Virus record (IMG/VR): IMGVR_UViG_3300042879_006196
Span: 248,001 to 312,000 of that record
Reading direction: 5' to 3' (one strand)
Length of the DNA: 64,000 nucleotides
In this document: positions 41,086-50,470 of the stretch, piece by piece
Position numbering within the stretch: the stretch's first letter is position 1
How the letters are laid out: each line of letters starts with the position of its first letter
Program-made: the position numbers and the translations under genes
The notes under the pieces: model-generated
Database searches by the model: none
Told to the model about the DNA's origin: nothing
Seen by the model: the letters and a program-made list of their open reading frames with translations, nothing else

Positions 41086-41787
41086 TTAGACTCTACCAAA
41101 TTGATCTTCATATCTTGTTATGTCATCTTCAGAGAATTTCTCTCCAGTTTGAATTTCAATAAAAATCAAATCTGTGTCTCCAGTGTTAACTACTCTATGT
41201 TTTTCATTTTTTTTGACCTGACACACAGATCCTTTTTCAATTGGATGTTGATTATCTTCAAGAACAAAGATGCCATTCCCCTCAATAATTAACCATAACT
41301 CATCACGATGCTGATGAGATTGTAAACTTGATGCTTTTCCTGGCAACACTTTTATTTCTTTCACGTGATATTTTTTATTATAAGCTAGAGTGGAAAAATT
41401 ACCCCAAGGTCTTTCTTCACAAGGCTTGATTATTTTTTCAATTTCATCTTCAGTGATTCCATTTCTATTGGGAGTAAAACTGAAGGCTGTTTTCATGTTT
41501 GAGTTGGGCTTAAGATCATTAACAACAATTCTTTCACCTCTTCCGCAACCCATTACTAATTCATCATAAAATATATTTAACTTTCTTAATTGATCTTCGG
41601 TTTGTTTTCTTGTTGAATTTCTTCTACCTGTCGTTAATACAATTTTAGCCCCGTTTTTTTCAATAGTATCTAAAAACTGCCTTGTCATCGTAATCATTGA
41701 TAAATTCTGGTCTGAAAGCTGTGCTCTAAGAGAACCATAATGCACCAATAGCACCCCATCTATGTCAAGAAAGTAAGTTTGTGTCAT
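41086..41787 (-). CDS. HAD-like domain fused to a type II mannose-6-phosphate isomerase cupin
   Basis: FLDIDGVL, TTGR, NDLKP; RPWG, SLQ.H.HR.E.W, EIQTG....EDDI.R..D.FGR. Confidence 0.8.
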   Translation of the reverse strand: MTQTYFLDIDGVLLVHYGSLRAQLSDQNLSMITMTRQFLDTIEKNGAKIVLTTGRRNSTRKQTEDQLRKLNIFYDELVMGCGRGERIVVNDLKPNSNMKTAFSFTPNRNGITEDEIEKIIKPCEERPWGNFSTLAYNKKYHVKEIKVLPGKASSLQSHQHRDELWLIIEGNGIFVLEDNQHPIEKGSVCQVKKNEKHRVVNTGDTDLIFIEIQTGEKFSEDDITRYEDQFGRV

Positions 41788-41793
41788 ATAATT

Positions 41794-41803
41794 GTTGTAC
41801 AAC
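41794..41803. promoter_or_regulatory. palindromic bidirectional element GTTGTACAAC
   Basis: TACAAC is 6 nt from ATG 41810 (+) and 6 nt from ATG 41787 (-). Confidence 0.7.
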
Positions 41804-41809
41804 TAATAG

Positions 41810-42352
41810 ATGCTTTGGGATTTAGCAATTAAAAACATTTGTAAAGAATCAAATTTAGTTTTAGAATTTGGCGTACACACAGGGAGCACAATCACGTATT
41901 TTAGAAATAGACTACCTGCTTTTTATAATTTTTATGGATTTGATAGTTTTGAGGGTTTACCAGAAGATTGGACTGGAACAGATTTAGAAAAGGGATTTTT
42001 CAGTTTGAACGGAGAAGTGCCTGATATTGAAGGAGTTAATTTAGTAAAAGGTTGGTTCTCTGAAAGTTTACCTAAATGGCTTGAAGGACGTGAGCCTGAA
42101 AAAATTGCATTGCTACATATTGATTGTGATTTATATTCTAGCACAAAAACAGTTTTAGATAACCTCACTCATATGATTCAACCTGGCACTCTTATTTTAT
42201 TTGACGAGTGGTTTTACCCAGCACCAGAAAAGTTGAATCAACATGAGCAAAAAGCATTTTTTGAATGGGTTTTAGCCAATCAAATCGATTTTACTTTTAT
42301 TGAAAGTAATTATCATGGCGATCAACCCAGAAAGCTAGTGAAGATTAAATAA
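41810..42352 (+). CDS. TylF/MycF-like class I methyltransferase
   Basis: LEFGV..G, GFDSFEGLPEDW, LHIDCDLYSST, LFDEW. Confidence 0.85.
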   Translation: MLWDLAIKNICKESNLVLEFGVHTGSTITYFRNRLPAFYNFYGFDSFEGLPEDWTGTDLEKGFFSLNGEVPDIEGVNLVKGWFSESLPKWLEGREPEKIALLHIDCDLYSSTKTVLDNLTHMIQPGTLILFDEWFYPAPEKLNQHEQKAFFEWVLANQIDFTFIESNYHGDQPRKLVKIK

Positions 42353-43217
42353 TCTTGCCGAATAATTCAACAAGATAATCTATATCAAAATATTTATTAT
42401 ATGTGACATAAGGTTGCATCAAATAATAAATATATAGGTCTTTGTCGTTGTTAATTTCAATTACTTTATCTGCAAGTTCATCAAAATCTTTGAATGCTTT
42501 AACGTTAAGAAAACTTTCGCTATTAAAGTCATCATTAATCAAATCACTGCCCCAATAAATAGGAATACAATTTGCTATCATTGGTTCAAAAATCTTTTCT
42601 GTAGTGTACCCTTTGTAGCCATTGAATTCATCATTGTTTTCAATAGCAAAGCAAAACTTGTATTGTCTAAGAAAATCAATTTTAGCTTGTGATCCTGTAA
42701 TGGCACCAGGCTCTCCTGGTATGACTGGGTGGTTGTTCATGTGTCTACCTGCACAGTCAACATGCATCCTGGTCAAAAAATGATTAACAATTGCTTCTCT
42801 GGGACATTTGCCACCCGCACCTTGTGAAATGTATGTAATCAGTTTAGATTTTTCATTTAAAATTTCTTTTGTGTAATCTCTTGTTAAAATTGATTTATAA
42901 GATTTTGTTATTCCGAATTTCCATAAATCATAGGCATATAGCGGATACAAAGGTAGCCTTAAATGTGTCTCACTGTCCACATAAAATGAAGTAAGTGCAT
43001 AATCACATGCGCCTGAGTTGAAAAAAGGCTCTCCGCTAAAATAGACAGCCTTAGCATTGCCATTTTTTTGGAAATTAGGTGAATCAGTGAAAATAATATC
43101 AGGATTTTCACTTGTCACTTCTACGTCATGTGTTTGGCTTAAAACCCAAACAAAAAAGTTATCCTTCTTATCGAAGGTGCCCCAGAAACTATCGAACCAT
43201 ACTTTTAATTTTTTCAT
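42345..43217 (-). CDS. GT10 alpha-1,3-fucosyltransferase-like
   Basis: FSGEP, YKF.FAIEN, YTTEKI..PM.A.CIPIYWG, FNS.SFLN. Confidence 0.85.
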   Translation of the reverse strand: MKKLKVWFDSFWGTFDKKDNFFVWVLSQTHDVEVTSENPDIIFTDSPNFQKNGNAKAVYFSGEPFFNSGACDYALTSFYVDSETHLRLPLYPLYAYDLWKFGITKSYKSILTRDYTKEILNEKSKLITYISQGAGGKCPREAIVNHFLTRMHVDCAGRHMNNHPVIPGEPGAITGSQAKIDFLRQYKFCFAIENNDEFNGYKGYTTEKIFEPMIANCIPIYWGSDLINDDFNSESFLNVKAFKDFDELADKVIEINNDKDLYIYYLMQPYVTYNKYFDIDYLVELFGKII

Positions 43218-43219
43218 AT

Positions 43220-43849
43220 TTAATAAAACCCATTAACTATAATTGAAGGTGAGTCATCACAAGAACACACTGGAGGATAAACAGCATAAATCTTTTTATC
43301 ACTCCTCATGATTACACCATCCGCTGTATTCATTTTTTTAACTTGCGATTCATAAAGATCACAAGCTATATTAGACGTTCTGATAACATAAGCTGAAGTT
43401 CCAGCTCTTGTATATTTATCAGTGTACGGACTTGCTAAATGCGGAGTAGTGTACAAATCACAATCAGCTGTGAACAATGCCAAAATATCATAATCAGAAT
43501 TTAAAGCAATTTCTAAATTTGATAATGTATTAAAAACAGAGTCGTCCTCTAAAATCAAACAATTACTTAAATTTTCATTAGCAATTATTTGATAAATCAA
43601 CATGTGTGCCAAAGCACAAGCAACTTGACCATCACTTAATGGATCAAGCAAAGGAATATCATTAGGTATACTTGGTAGATTATGTACGGCTAAGCCATCT
43701 TTAGAAACACAATTCAAACCTTGCATTACAAATTGACACAATCTATAATTTAAACCTTCCCATCTTTCATTAAATGCTTGAAATCTTTGAGACTCAGGGT
43801 GAGCAATTACAAATACGTTTTCAAAATAATTATTGATTATATGATTCAT
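43220..43849 (-). CDS. GT25-like glycosyltransferase
   Basis: GQVACALAH, LILEDD, GT.AYVI. Confidence 0.7.
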   Translation of the reverse strand: MNHIINNYFENVFVIAHPESQRFQAFNERWEGLNYRLCQFVMQGLNCVSKDGLAVHNLPSIPNDIPLLDPLSDGQVACALAHMLIYQIIANENLSNCLILEDDSVFNTLSNLEIALNSDYDILALFTADCDLYTTPHLASPYTDKYTRAGTSAYVIRTSNIACDLYESQVKKMNTADGVIMRSDKKIYAVYPPVCSCDDSPSIIVNGFY

Positions 43850-44556
43850 TGTTCACCGAAGTAATTATTATAAAAGTTTTTTACCAAATTTAACGATTCT
43901 TTGCTCATTTCATTTAAAACATATTCTTTTTGTTTAAGAAATTTAACAGCAGAATGGGAATTCATAGTAAATTTATATTTACTCCTCACTCTTTTTGACC
44001 ATTCAACATCTTCTGCCTCACCCCATATCAAATTTTCATTAAGCGGAAATTCTTGCATTACATTTTTTTTTGCCACCCAATAAAACCCAGGAATGTACAT
44101 AATTTTTGAAAACTCTTGATCATAAGGTAAGAGTTGTTCGGCATTTGGCAACTGATAATCTTGATAATAAACCAACCAATCTATATTTCTTTTTCCATCG
44201 AGATTGTGTACACGGTTCATGCACACTTGAAAGTCATTACCAAACTTTAAAAATCCTTCATACCAGCCATTTTCTAAAACAATATAATCATGCATTAAAA
44301 CTATATTTTCATATTTTGCGTTTTCTACAATCAAATTTTTTTTCTTTGTGATCCATCCAGTTTTTTGTGTTTCGTCAAAATGAATATAATCATCATAGAG
44401 GTTTTCACATAACCAATCTTTGTTCAAATTATCATAGATATCTCCAATGAATATTATTTGTTTATTTGGTATTTTCTGATTTTTAATTTGATTATAAATA
44501 ATTGGATGTAAGTGTTTATTTTCTTTAGTCACACAAATTCCAAAAGTAAAATCCAT
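43846..44556 (-). CDS. GT2-like glycosyltransferase (paralog of 30985-31671)
   Basis: FTFGIC, FDETQK.GWITKKKN, VLMHDY, WGEAEDVEWS. Confidence 0.7.
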   Translation of the reverse strand: MDFTFGICVTKENKHLHPIIYNQIKNQKIPNKQIIFIGDIYDNLNKDWLCENLYDDYIHFDETQKTGWITKKKNLIVENAKYENIVLMHDYIVLENGWYEGFLKFGNDFQVCMNRVHNLDGKRNIDWLVYYQDYQLPNAEQLLPYDQEFSKIMYIPGFYWVAKKNVMQEFPLNENLIWGEAEDVEWSKRVRSKYKFTMNSHSAVKFLKQKEYVLNEMSKESLNLVKNFYNNYFGEQ

Positions 44557-44562
44557 TTACAT

Positions 44563-44572
44563 ATTGTACAAT
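44563..44572. promoter_or_regulatory. palindromic bidirectional -10 element ATTGTACAAT
   Basis: 6 nt to ATG 44556 (-); 4 or 7 nt to ATG 44577/44580 (+). Confidence 0.65.
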
Positions 44573-44576
44573 TTAC

Positions 44577-45206
44577 ATGATGAGCGAATTCTACAGTCAA
44601 TACGGTCAAGACCAATATATTTACGAAACTTTCTTCAAAAACAAAACGGACGGAGTATTTGTAGATATAGGAGCTTATGATGGAATAAAACTTTCTAATA
44701 GTTACTTTTTTGAAAAACTAGGTTGGACAGGTTTTTGTTTTGAGCCAGTAGATGACGCTTTTCAAAAATTAATATCGAATAGATCTCACTCTAAATGCTT
44801 TAACTGTGCAATTGGACATGAAAATAAAAAAGTACAATTCTTGAAAGTAGTTGGAAACGCAGATATGCTCAGTGGCGTATTAGATTATTATGATGCAAAT
44901 CATATGTTTAGAATAAACAAAGAAACTTATGAATCAAATGGAGAACAAATTGGAATTGAAGTTGAAATGTTCACGCTTGATCATTTCCTTCCTATAAATT
45001 CTCCAATTGATTATTTGTCAATTGATACTGAAGGTGGTGAATCTAAAATATTAAAAAATATTTTAGAAAATTTCAATCCAAAAATCATTTCTGTAGAAGT
45101 GAATTATGAAGCAGATTCAAAGAAACTTTTTGAAGTTCTTGACAAACAATATGAGGTAGTTAAAAATTTAGGATGCGATCTTATTTTAAAGGATAAAAAA
45201 TGGTAG
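44577..45206 (+). CDS. FkbM-family methyltransferase
   Basis: FYSQYGQD, FVDIGAYDG...SN, FEP, LSIDTEG.E. Confidence 0.9.
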   Translation: MMSEFYSQYGQDQYIYETFFKNKTDGVFVDIGAYDGIKLSNSYFFEKLGWTGFCFEPVDDAFQKLISNRSHSKCFNCAIGHENKKVQFLKVVGNADMLSGVLDYYDANHMFRINKETYESNGEQIGIEVEMFTLDHFLPINSPIDYLSIDTEGGESKILKNILENFNPKIISVEVNYEADSKKLFEVLDKQYEVVKNLGCDLILKDKKW

Positions 45207-46006
45207 TTACATATATAGAAGGCGGATTAGGCAACATGTTATTTCAACTTTGCTTCAGCTATGCTAAGGCAAAAGAAAATAACACGACATTTCATACATT
45301 GAATTATAGAGAAAATCTTGATATTATCAAGGATAAACATAAAGCTGATATTGAATCTTATGAAAAAACGATTCTCAGAAATTTCAGTATTTCTCCTCCT
45401 CCACTGCTGTATCAAGCACAAATTCAACATTTTTGCCCTTTTAATTTTGAAGAAATTCCTTATGAGCCAGATTGTTACAATTTGTATAAAGGGTATTTTC
45501 AATCAGAAAAGTATTTTGAAAAAAGCCAAGAAGATTTAGCACAAATTTTTCAACCAACCGAAGAAATCATTGACCACATGAAAGAAAAATACCCTTTTCT
45601 TTTTACTTTAGATTGTGTGGCTTTGCACATTAGACGAGGAGATTATTTGCAATTACCAAATCATCATCCAATTGTTCCCACCGATCATTATCATAAAGCA
45701 TTAAAGAAACTTGGTGATTTTGAAAAAATCTTAGTGTTTACAAATGATATGGATTGGTGCTACAAGAATTTTGTAGAATCGCGAGCTATTTTCATTGAAG
45801 AGTCAGATTGGATGAGTTTATATCTTATGAGCTTTTGCACTAAGCATGTTATTGCTAATTCATCTTTTTCTTGGTGGGGTGCAAAATTAGCTGAGATGTT
45901 TTTCCCAGAAAAAAACATCGAAGTAGTTGCTCCTCCAGTGTGGTTTGGACCTGCTGTTGATGGCGATGAAAAAGATTTAGTTCCATCAAGATGGATGAAA
46001 GTGTAA
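45200..46006 (+). CDS. GT11 alpha-1,2-fucosyltransferase-like
   Basis: GGLGNMLFQ, GYFQSEKYF, HIRRGDY, IANSSFSWWGA, P..WF. Confidence 0.9.
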   Translation: MVVTYIEGGLGNMLFQLCFSYAKAKENNTTFHTLNYRENLDIIKDKHKADIESYEKTILRNFSISPPPLLYQAQIQHFCPFNFEEIPYEPDCYNLYKGYFQSEKYFEKSQEDLAQIFQPTEEIIDHMKEKYPFLFTLDCVALHIRRGDYLQLPNHHPIVPTDHYHKALKKLGDFEKILVFTNDMDWCYKNFVESRAIFIEESDWMSLYLMSFCTKHVIANSSFSWWGAKLAEMFFPEKNIEVVAPPVWFGPAVDGDEKDLVPSRWMKV

Positions 46007-46650
46007 TGACTAAATTAGATTTGTTTAATAACACACATGTAATATCTTTAGCACATAGATTGGATAGAAGAAGTGTCATAGCTAAGCAATTTGAGTTATA
46101 TCAAATTCCTTATTCTTTTTTTGATGCTATCAATGGACATGAATTAGATTATAATGGTCCGTTGTTAAAAGGCGAGGAGGGTGTAAGATTATCACATATT
46201 GAGTTATTAAACAAATCAATCAAAAACAATGAAAAATCACTTTTTATTTTTGAAGATGATGTTGAGTTTTCAGAAAGCTTTAACGAAGATTTACACAGAG
46301 CTTTAAATGTAGTTCCTGATAATTTTGATATGTTATATTTGGGGGCTTCACATCATCTAAAGCCAGAATTAGTAAAAGATAACTTATATAAAATTTCACA
46401 TTCTTACACCGCACATGCACTTTGTATAAAAAACAACCTTTTTGCACCACTCAGAGACACAATCTCAAACAATAAAAATTTACCAGTGGATGTAATTTAT
46501 GCATTAGTTCAACCGCAAGTAAATGCATTTGCTATTTATCCACATCTTGCATGGCAATTCAACAGTTATTCAGACATACAAAACAAATTTGTTGATTATG
46601 AATTCCTTAAAAAAGAATTTGTTAGATTTGAAAATCAAACTATTCTTTGA
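46006..46650 (+). CDS. GT25-family glycosyltransferase
   Basis: ISL.HR.DRR, FFDA..G, G...SH, IFEDD, MLYLG, Q....SDI. Confidence 0.85.
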   Translation: MTKLDLFNNTHVISLAHRLDRRSVIAKQFELYQIPYSFFDAINGHELDYNGPLLKGEEGVRLSHIELLNKSIKNNEKSLFIFEDDVEFSESFNEDLHRALNVVPDNFDMLYLGASHHLKPELVKDNLYKISHSYTAHALCIKNNLFAPLRDTISNNKNLPVDVIYALVQPQVNAFAIYPHLAWQFNSYSDIQNKFVDYEFLKKEFVRFENQTIL

Positions 46651-47270
46651 GCTTCCCAATTATGTTCTCTTGGCGCTAAATTCACAATATATGTTGGAGA
46701 GTTCTGCATGAATTGGTATTGACACCCAGCATTTACGGCGTTCACAATAAATTCCCAATCATGACCATAATTTCTTGTGTGAGCTGGTAATTTTTTAACC
46801 ATATCATTACTCACACATAATTCTGAATGCCCTATTTTGCTTGGGGCAAGCTCTGGAACTCTTAACTCAAGAATTCCATTACCTCTATCTATACTCGTGT
46901 TAAAAAGCCCAAAATCTTTTCCGCTTTTAGCAGACATCTCATAGTAAAGCTCAAAATGATTGTTGAAAATATTATCATCATTACTCAGAAACATAAAAAA
47001 ATCACCAGTGCAATTTTTCATAGCGTAGTTAATTGCTTGACAAGAAGTGCCATCATGTGTGTCAAAGTTTTTAACAATCATTCTATCACCAATAATTTTT
47101 TTAAAAAACGCAAAATCTTCACTTGCCACAATTTTATCAAAAACAGGGCATTTATCTCCTAAGAAAAAAAATTCATAGTCGTCTAAAGTTTGCAAACTTA
47201 TAGAATTCAATAATCTAAGAGTAAGCATTTCTCTACCCCAACTTGGAAGAACTACACTTAATTTTGCCAT
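46635..47270 (-). CDS. GT2-family glycosyltransferase
   Basis: LSVVLPSW, GD.C, FLSNDD, DW.F. Confidence 0.75.
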   Translation of the reverse strand: MAKLSVVLPSWGREMLTLRLLNSISLQTLDDYEFFFLGDKCPVFDKIVASEDFAFFKKIIGDRMIVKNFDTHDGTSCQAINYAMKNCTGDFFMFLSNDDNIFNNHFELYYEMSAKSGKDFGLFNTSIDRGNGILELRVPELAPSKIGHSELCVSNDMVKKLPAHTRNYGHDWEFIVNAVNAGCQYQFMQNSPTYIVNLAPREHNWEAQRIV

Positions 47271-47276
47271 TAAATT

Positions 47277-47291
47277 ATTATACTGTAAAAT
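47277..47291. promoter_or_regulatory. back-to-back -10 elements
   Basis: TATAAT(-) 6 nt before ATG 47270; TAAAAT(+) 6 nt before ATG 47298. Confidence 0.6.
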
Positions 47292-47297
47292 ACATTC

Positions 47298-48233
47298 ATG
47301 ATAAAACGAGAGTTCAAAAAAATTTTAGTTACAGGAGGGGCAGGATTTATTGGAAGTTATTTTGTTGATTTGTGCTTAGAAAAAAATATTTTTGTAATTA
47401 ATTATGACGCATTAAAAACAGGAAGCATGCTTGAACATGGACCTCTTAAAAAACATCAAAATTATCATTTCATGCCATTTGATGTTTCAAACCCACAATT
47501 AATTATTCCAGAAGACATTGAGGCAATTGTTCATTTTGCGGCTGAAACACATGTAGATAGAAGTGTAACAAACCCATTTTCATTTGTTCAATCAAATGTT
47601 GTGGGGACATATAATCTTTTGGAAAAATGCAAAGACAAAAACATTTGGTTTCATTTAGTTTCTACTGATGAAGTGTATGGAGATATATGGGGAACAAAAA
47701 GGTCTACAGAAACTGATCCTATTAATTGCTCTTCTCCTTATTCTGCTACTAAGTCGGCCTCTGAGCAATTAGTTATTGCATATGGGCGCACCTATGGCTT
47801 AAAGTACACAATCACAAGAGGTTGCAACACTGTGGGTGGAAGACAGAACAACGAGAAATTAATTCCTAAATTTGTGTACAATGCTAAAAACAATTTACCT
47901 TTGCCAGTTTATGGCAACGGAGAAGCAATTAGGCAGTACATTCATGTCACTGATCATGCAGAAGCAATTTACGCTGTTCTTACTAAAGGAATGCTTAATA
48001 ACATTTTTAATGTGGGCACAGATGCTAAGTTTTCAATTAATGAAATTGTTAATATCATAAAAGAATTTTATCCTAATTTAACTATCACAGATAAAGAAAA
48101 CAGACCTGGGCATGATCTGCGATATTGTATGAATTGTGGGCTCATTCAAGCCTGGGTAACATGGCAACCAAAAATAAAAGGCAAAGATATTATTCTTAAA
48201 TCTATTTCAGAATTGTGTAATTCTTACGTATAA
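47298..48233 (+). CDS. rmlB: dTDP-glucose 4,6-dehydratase
   Basis: VTGGAGFIGS, HFAAETHVDRS, VSTDEVYG, SPYSATK, EKLIP, RPGHD.RY. Confidence 0.93.
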   Translation: MIKREFKKILVTGGAGFIGSYFVDLCLEKNIFVINYDALKTGSMLEHGPLKKHQNYHFMPFDVSNPQLIIPEDIEAIVHFAAETHVDRSVTNPFSFVQSNVVGTYNLLEKCKDKNIWFHLVSTDEVYGDIWGTKRSTETDPINCSSPYSATKSASEQLVIAYGRTYGLKYTITRGCNTVGGRQNNEKLIPKFVYNAKNNLPLPVYGNGEAIRQYIHVTDHAEAIYAVLTKGMLNNIFNVGTDAKFSINEIVNIIKEFYPNLTITDKENRPGHDLRYCMNCGLIQAWVTWQPKIKGKDIILKSISELCNSYV

Positions 48234-48263
48234 TAAATATATCAATGAAAAAGGAGAAAAAAG

Positions 48264-48470
48264 ATGCAGACACAATTTTCAGGCTTAAGAGTTGGCTTAA
48301 TGGTCAAAAACAAAAAAACATCCAAGAATTGGATGATAACAGATCTAATTACATCTTTTTCCTCTGTGAAAAAACAAATTCCTGACGAATTTAAGGTGCG
48401 TTTATCTAATGGTTCTGGAAAAACTTTAATCGTAACTGTTGATAATTTAAATAAAAACTACACCTGGTAA
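48264..48470 (+). CDS. hypothetical protein
   Basis: 68-aa ORF with AAGGAG SD. Confidence 0.55.
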   Translation: MQTQFSGLRVGLMVKNKKTSKNWMITDLITSFSSVKKQIPDEFKVRLSNGSGKTLIVTVDNLNKNYTW

Positions 48471-48476
48471 CCGCTT

Positions 48477-48875
48477 ATGCATTTAATAGACAAATCACAT
48501 ACAGAACATTTTAATTATTATGGTCCTTATCCCGCAAAACAAAAAACAAAAGATGGATATATATGGTATATGAATCGTGGGAATACTTATTTTTTAACTC
48601 ATGATGGTTTAACTCGCAACATAGCTGATTTTTACTACAGAGAAGGTGGCTGGATACGTGAACCTATATCTGTCCAAGATTTAAGTGAAGCAAAATTTCC
48701 AGAAGGGTTTATATGCAAAGGCATTCCACCAGATTGTGCTAAAGGCACTCATACACAAGAATGGAATATTTTAGATTATCTTAACCATGAATCAAGTACA
48801 GAGCTAATTGTTGATTTAATTATTACAGCACAAAAGATGATTAAAAATCAAGACAAAGAAACATCAAACATTTAA
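48477..48875 (+). CDS. hypothetical protein
   Basis: 132-aa ORF. Confidence 0.5.
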   Translation: MHLIDKSHTEHFNYYGPYPAKQKTKDGYIWYMNRGNTYFLTHDGLTRNIADFYYREGGWIREPISVQDLSEAKFPEGFICKGIPPDCAKGTHTQEWNILDYLNHESSTELIVDLIITAQKMIKNQDKETSNI

Positions 48876-48949
48876 GTTTTCTCGTATAATAATTATGTCA
48901 AAAAATTTTTCTTGTATTTGTTAAAATTTATTGATAATCGGTAAACATC

Positions 48950-50182
48950 ATGTCATTAATTGAAAAAGGAAAACTTAGAATTGAATGGGCAGCAAGAGAA
49001 ATGCCTGTTCTTGAATCAATCTATCAAAAATTTCTCCAAGAACAACCTTTCACTGGGAAAAGTGTTGCTGCTTGTATGCATATCACCACTGAAACAGCAA
49101 ATCTAATTAAAACTTTAGCTGCGGGAGGGGCTACAATTTATCTTTGTGCTTCCAATCCACTTTCTACACAAGATGACGTAGTTGAGGCTCTCAATTCTGA
49201 AGATAATATTCATGTATTTGCCAAACATGGTGATGACACTGAATCCTACTATTCTCATATCAAAAAAGTTTTGAGTTACAAGCCACATCTTGTTATGGAT
49301 GATGGCTGCGATTTGGTCAATTATTTGTATACTCAAGAGCCACTTCTTTTAGAAAACGTAATTGGTGGAACCGAAGAAACTACTACAGGAGTTCAAAGAC
49401 TCACTGCTATGGAAAAAGATGGCATTTTGAAATATCCAATTATTTGTGTTAATGATGCCCTCACAAAACATATGTTCGATAATCAGTATGGCACAGGACA
49501 ATCAACAATAGATGGTATTATACGTGCGACAAATATTCTTCTTGCTGGAAAAGTAGTGGTAGTGGCTGGGTATGGTTGGTGTGGAAAAGGTTTAGCTGCT
49601 AAAGCCAAAGGTATGGGCGCTAGAGTGGTTATTACTGAAGTGGATCCAATTAAAGCATTGCAAGCTCACATGGATGGATTTGATGTTTTAACAATGGATG
49701 TAGCTTCTGCTTGTGGTGAAATATTCATTACTGTGACTGGTAACAAAAATGTTATTGACGTTAAACATTTCAAACAAATGAAAGATGGAGCAATTTTATG
49801 CAATTCTGGTCATTTTGATTCTGAAATAAACATTAAAGGTTTAGAAGAATTTTCATTAAGCTTTAGACCTGTAAAAGATAATATAGAAGAATATACCTTA
49901 GAAGAAGGTAGAAAAATTTATGTACTTGGTGAAGGAAGGCTTGTAAATCTTGCGTGTGCAGAAGGACATCCGTCGTGCGTTATGGATATGTCTTTCGCTA
50001 ACCAAGCTTTATGTGCACAATTTTTATGTGCAGATTCAAATTTGCAACCAGGCTTGTATACAGTGCCAGCGGATATTGATCAACTTGTTGCTGAACTTAA
50101 ACTGCAATCCTTAGATTTGCAAATTGATGAACTTACTGAAGAGCAATTCAACTACATTAATAGCTGGCAAGAAGGCACTTAA
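48950..50182 (+). CDS. ahcY: adenosylhomocysteinase (SAH hydrolase), short type
   Basis: CMHIT.ETA, SNPLSTQD, EETTTG, K..FDN.YGTGQS, GYGWCGKG, N.GHFD.EI, GRLVNL.CA.GHP. Confidence 0.97.
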   Translation: MSLIEKGKLRIEWAAREMPVLESIYQKFLQEQPFTGKSVAACMHITTETANLIKTLAAGGATIYLCASNPLSTQDDVVEALNSEDNIHVFAKHGDDTESYYSHIKKVLSYKPHLVMDDGCDLVNYLYTQEPLLLENVIGGTEETTTGVQRLTAMEKDGILKYPIICVNDALTKHMFDNQYGTGQSTIDGIIRATNILLAGKVVVVAGYGWCGKGLAAKAKGMGARVVITEVDPIKALQAHMDGFDVLTMDVASACGEIFITVTGNKNVIDVKHFKQMKDGAILCNSGHFDSEINIKGLEEFSLSFRPVKDNIEEYTLEEGRKIYVLGEGRLVNLACAEGHPSCVMDMSFANQALCAQFLCADSNLQPGLYTVPADIDQLVAELKLQSLDLQIDELTEEQFNYINSWQEGT

Positions 50183-50206
50183 TACAATACTAAAGAATAA
50201 AATATT

Positions 50207-50470
50207 ATGTCAGAATATCCGATTGTCACCTTACAAAATGAAGTAGAAGTACAAGCTGCTATTACCACAAACACTTTCAAGATTTTACAAGTCTTAGAAA
50301 ATCCTGATGAAATGTGGGTAAATGCCTTTGTTTCTGGAGCTCCACAAAATTCATGGGTGTCTGTTTTAAATCCAGAAAATTACACTCATGAATGGACAGA
50401 TCAAACGGTAGTAGATGCTGTTACCTTATGGGCTGAAACTAATTTCCCTCCTGCTATAAAAAGATCATGA
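50207..50470 (+). CDS. hypothetical protein
   Basis: 87-aa ORF. Confidence 0.5.
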   Translation: MSEYPIVTLQNEVEVQAAITTNTFKILQVLENPDEMWVNAFVSGAPQNSWVSVLNPENYTHEWTDQTVVDAVTLWAETNFPPAIKRS

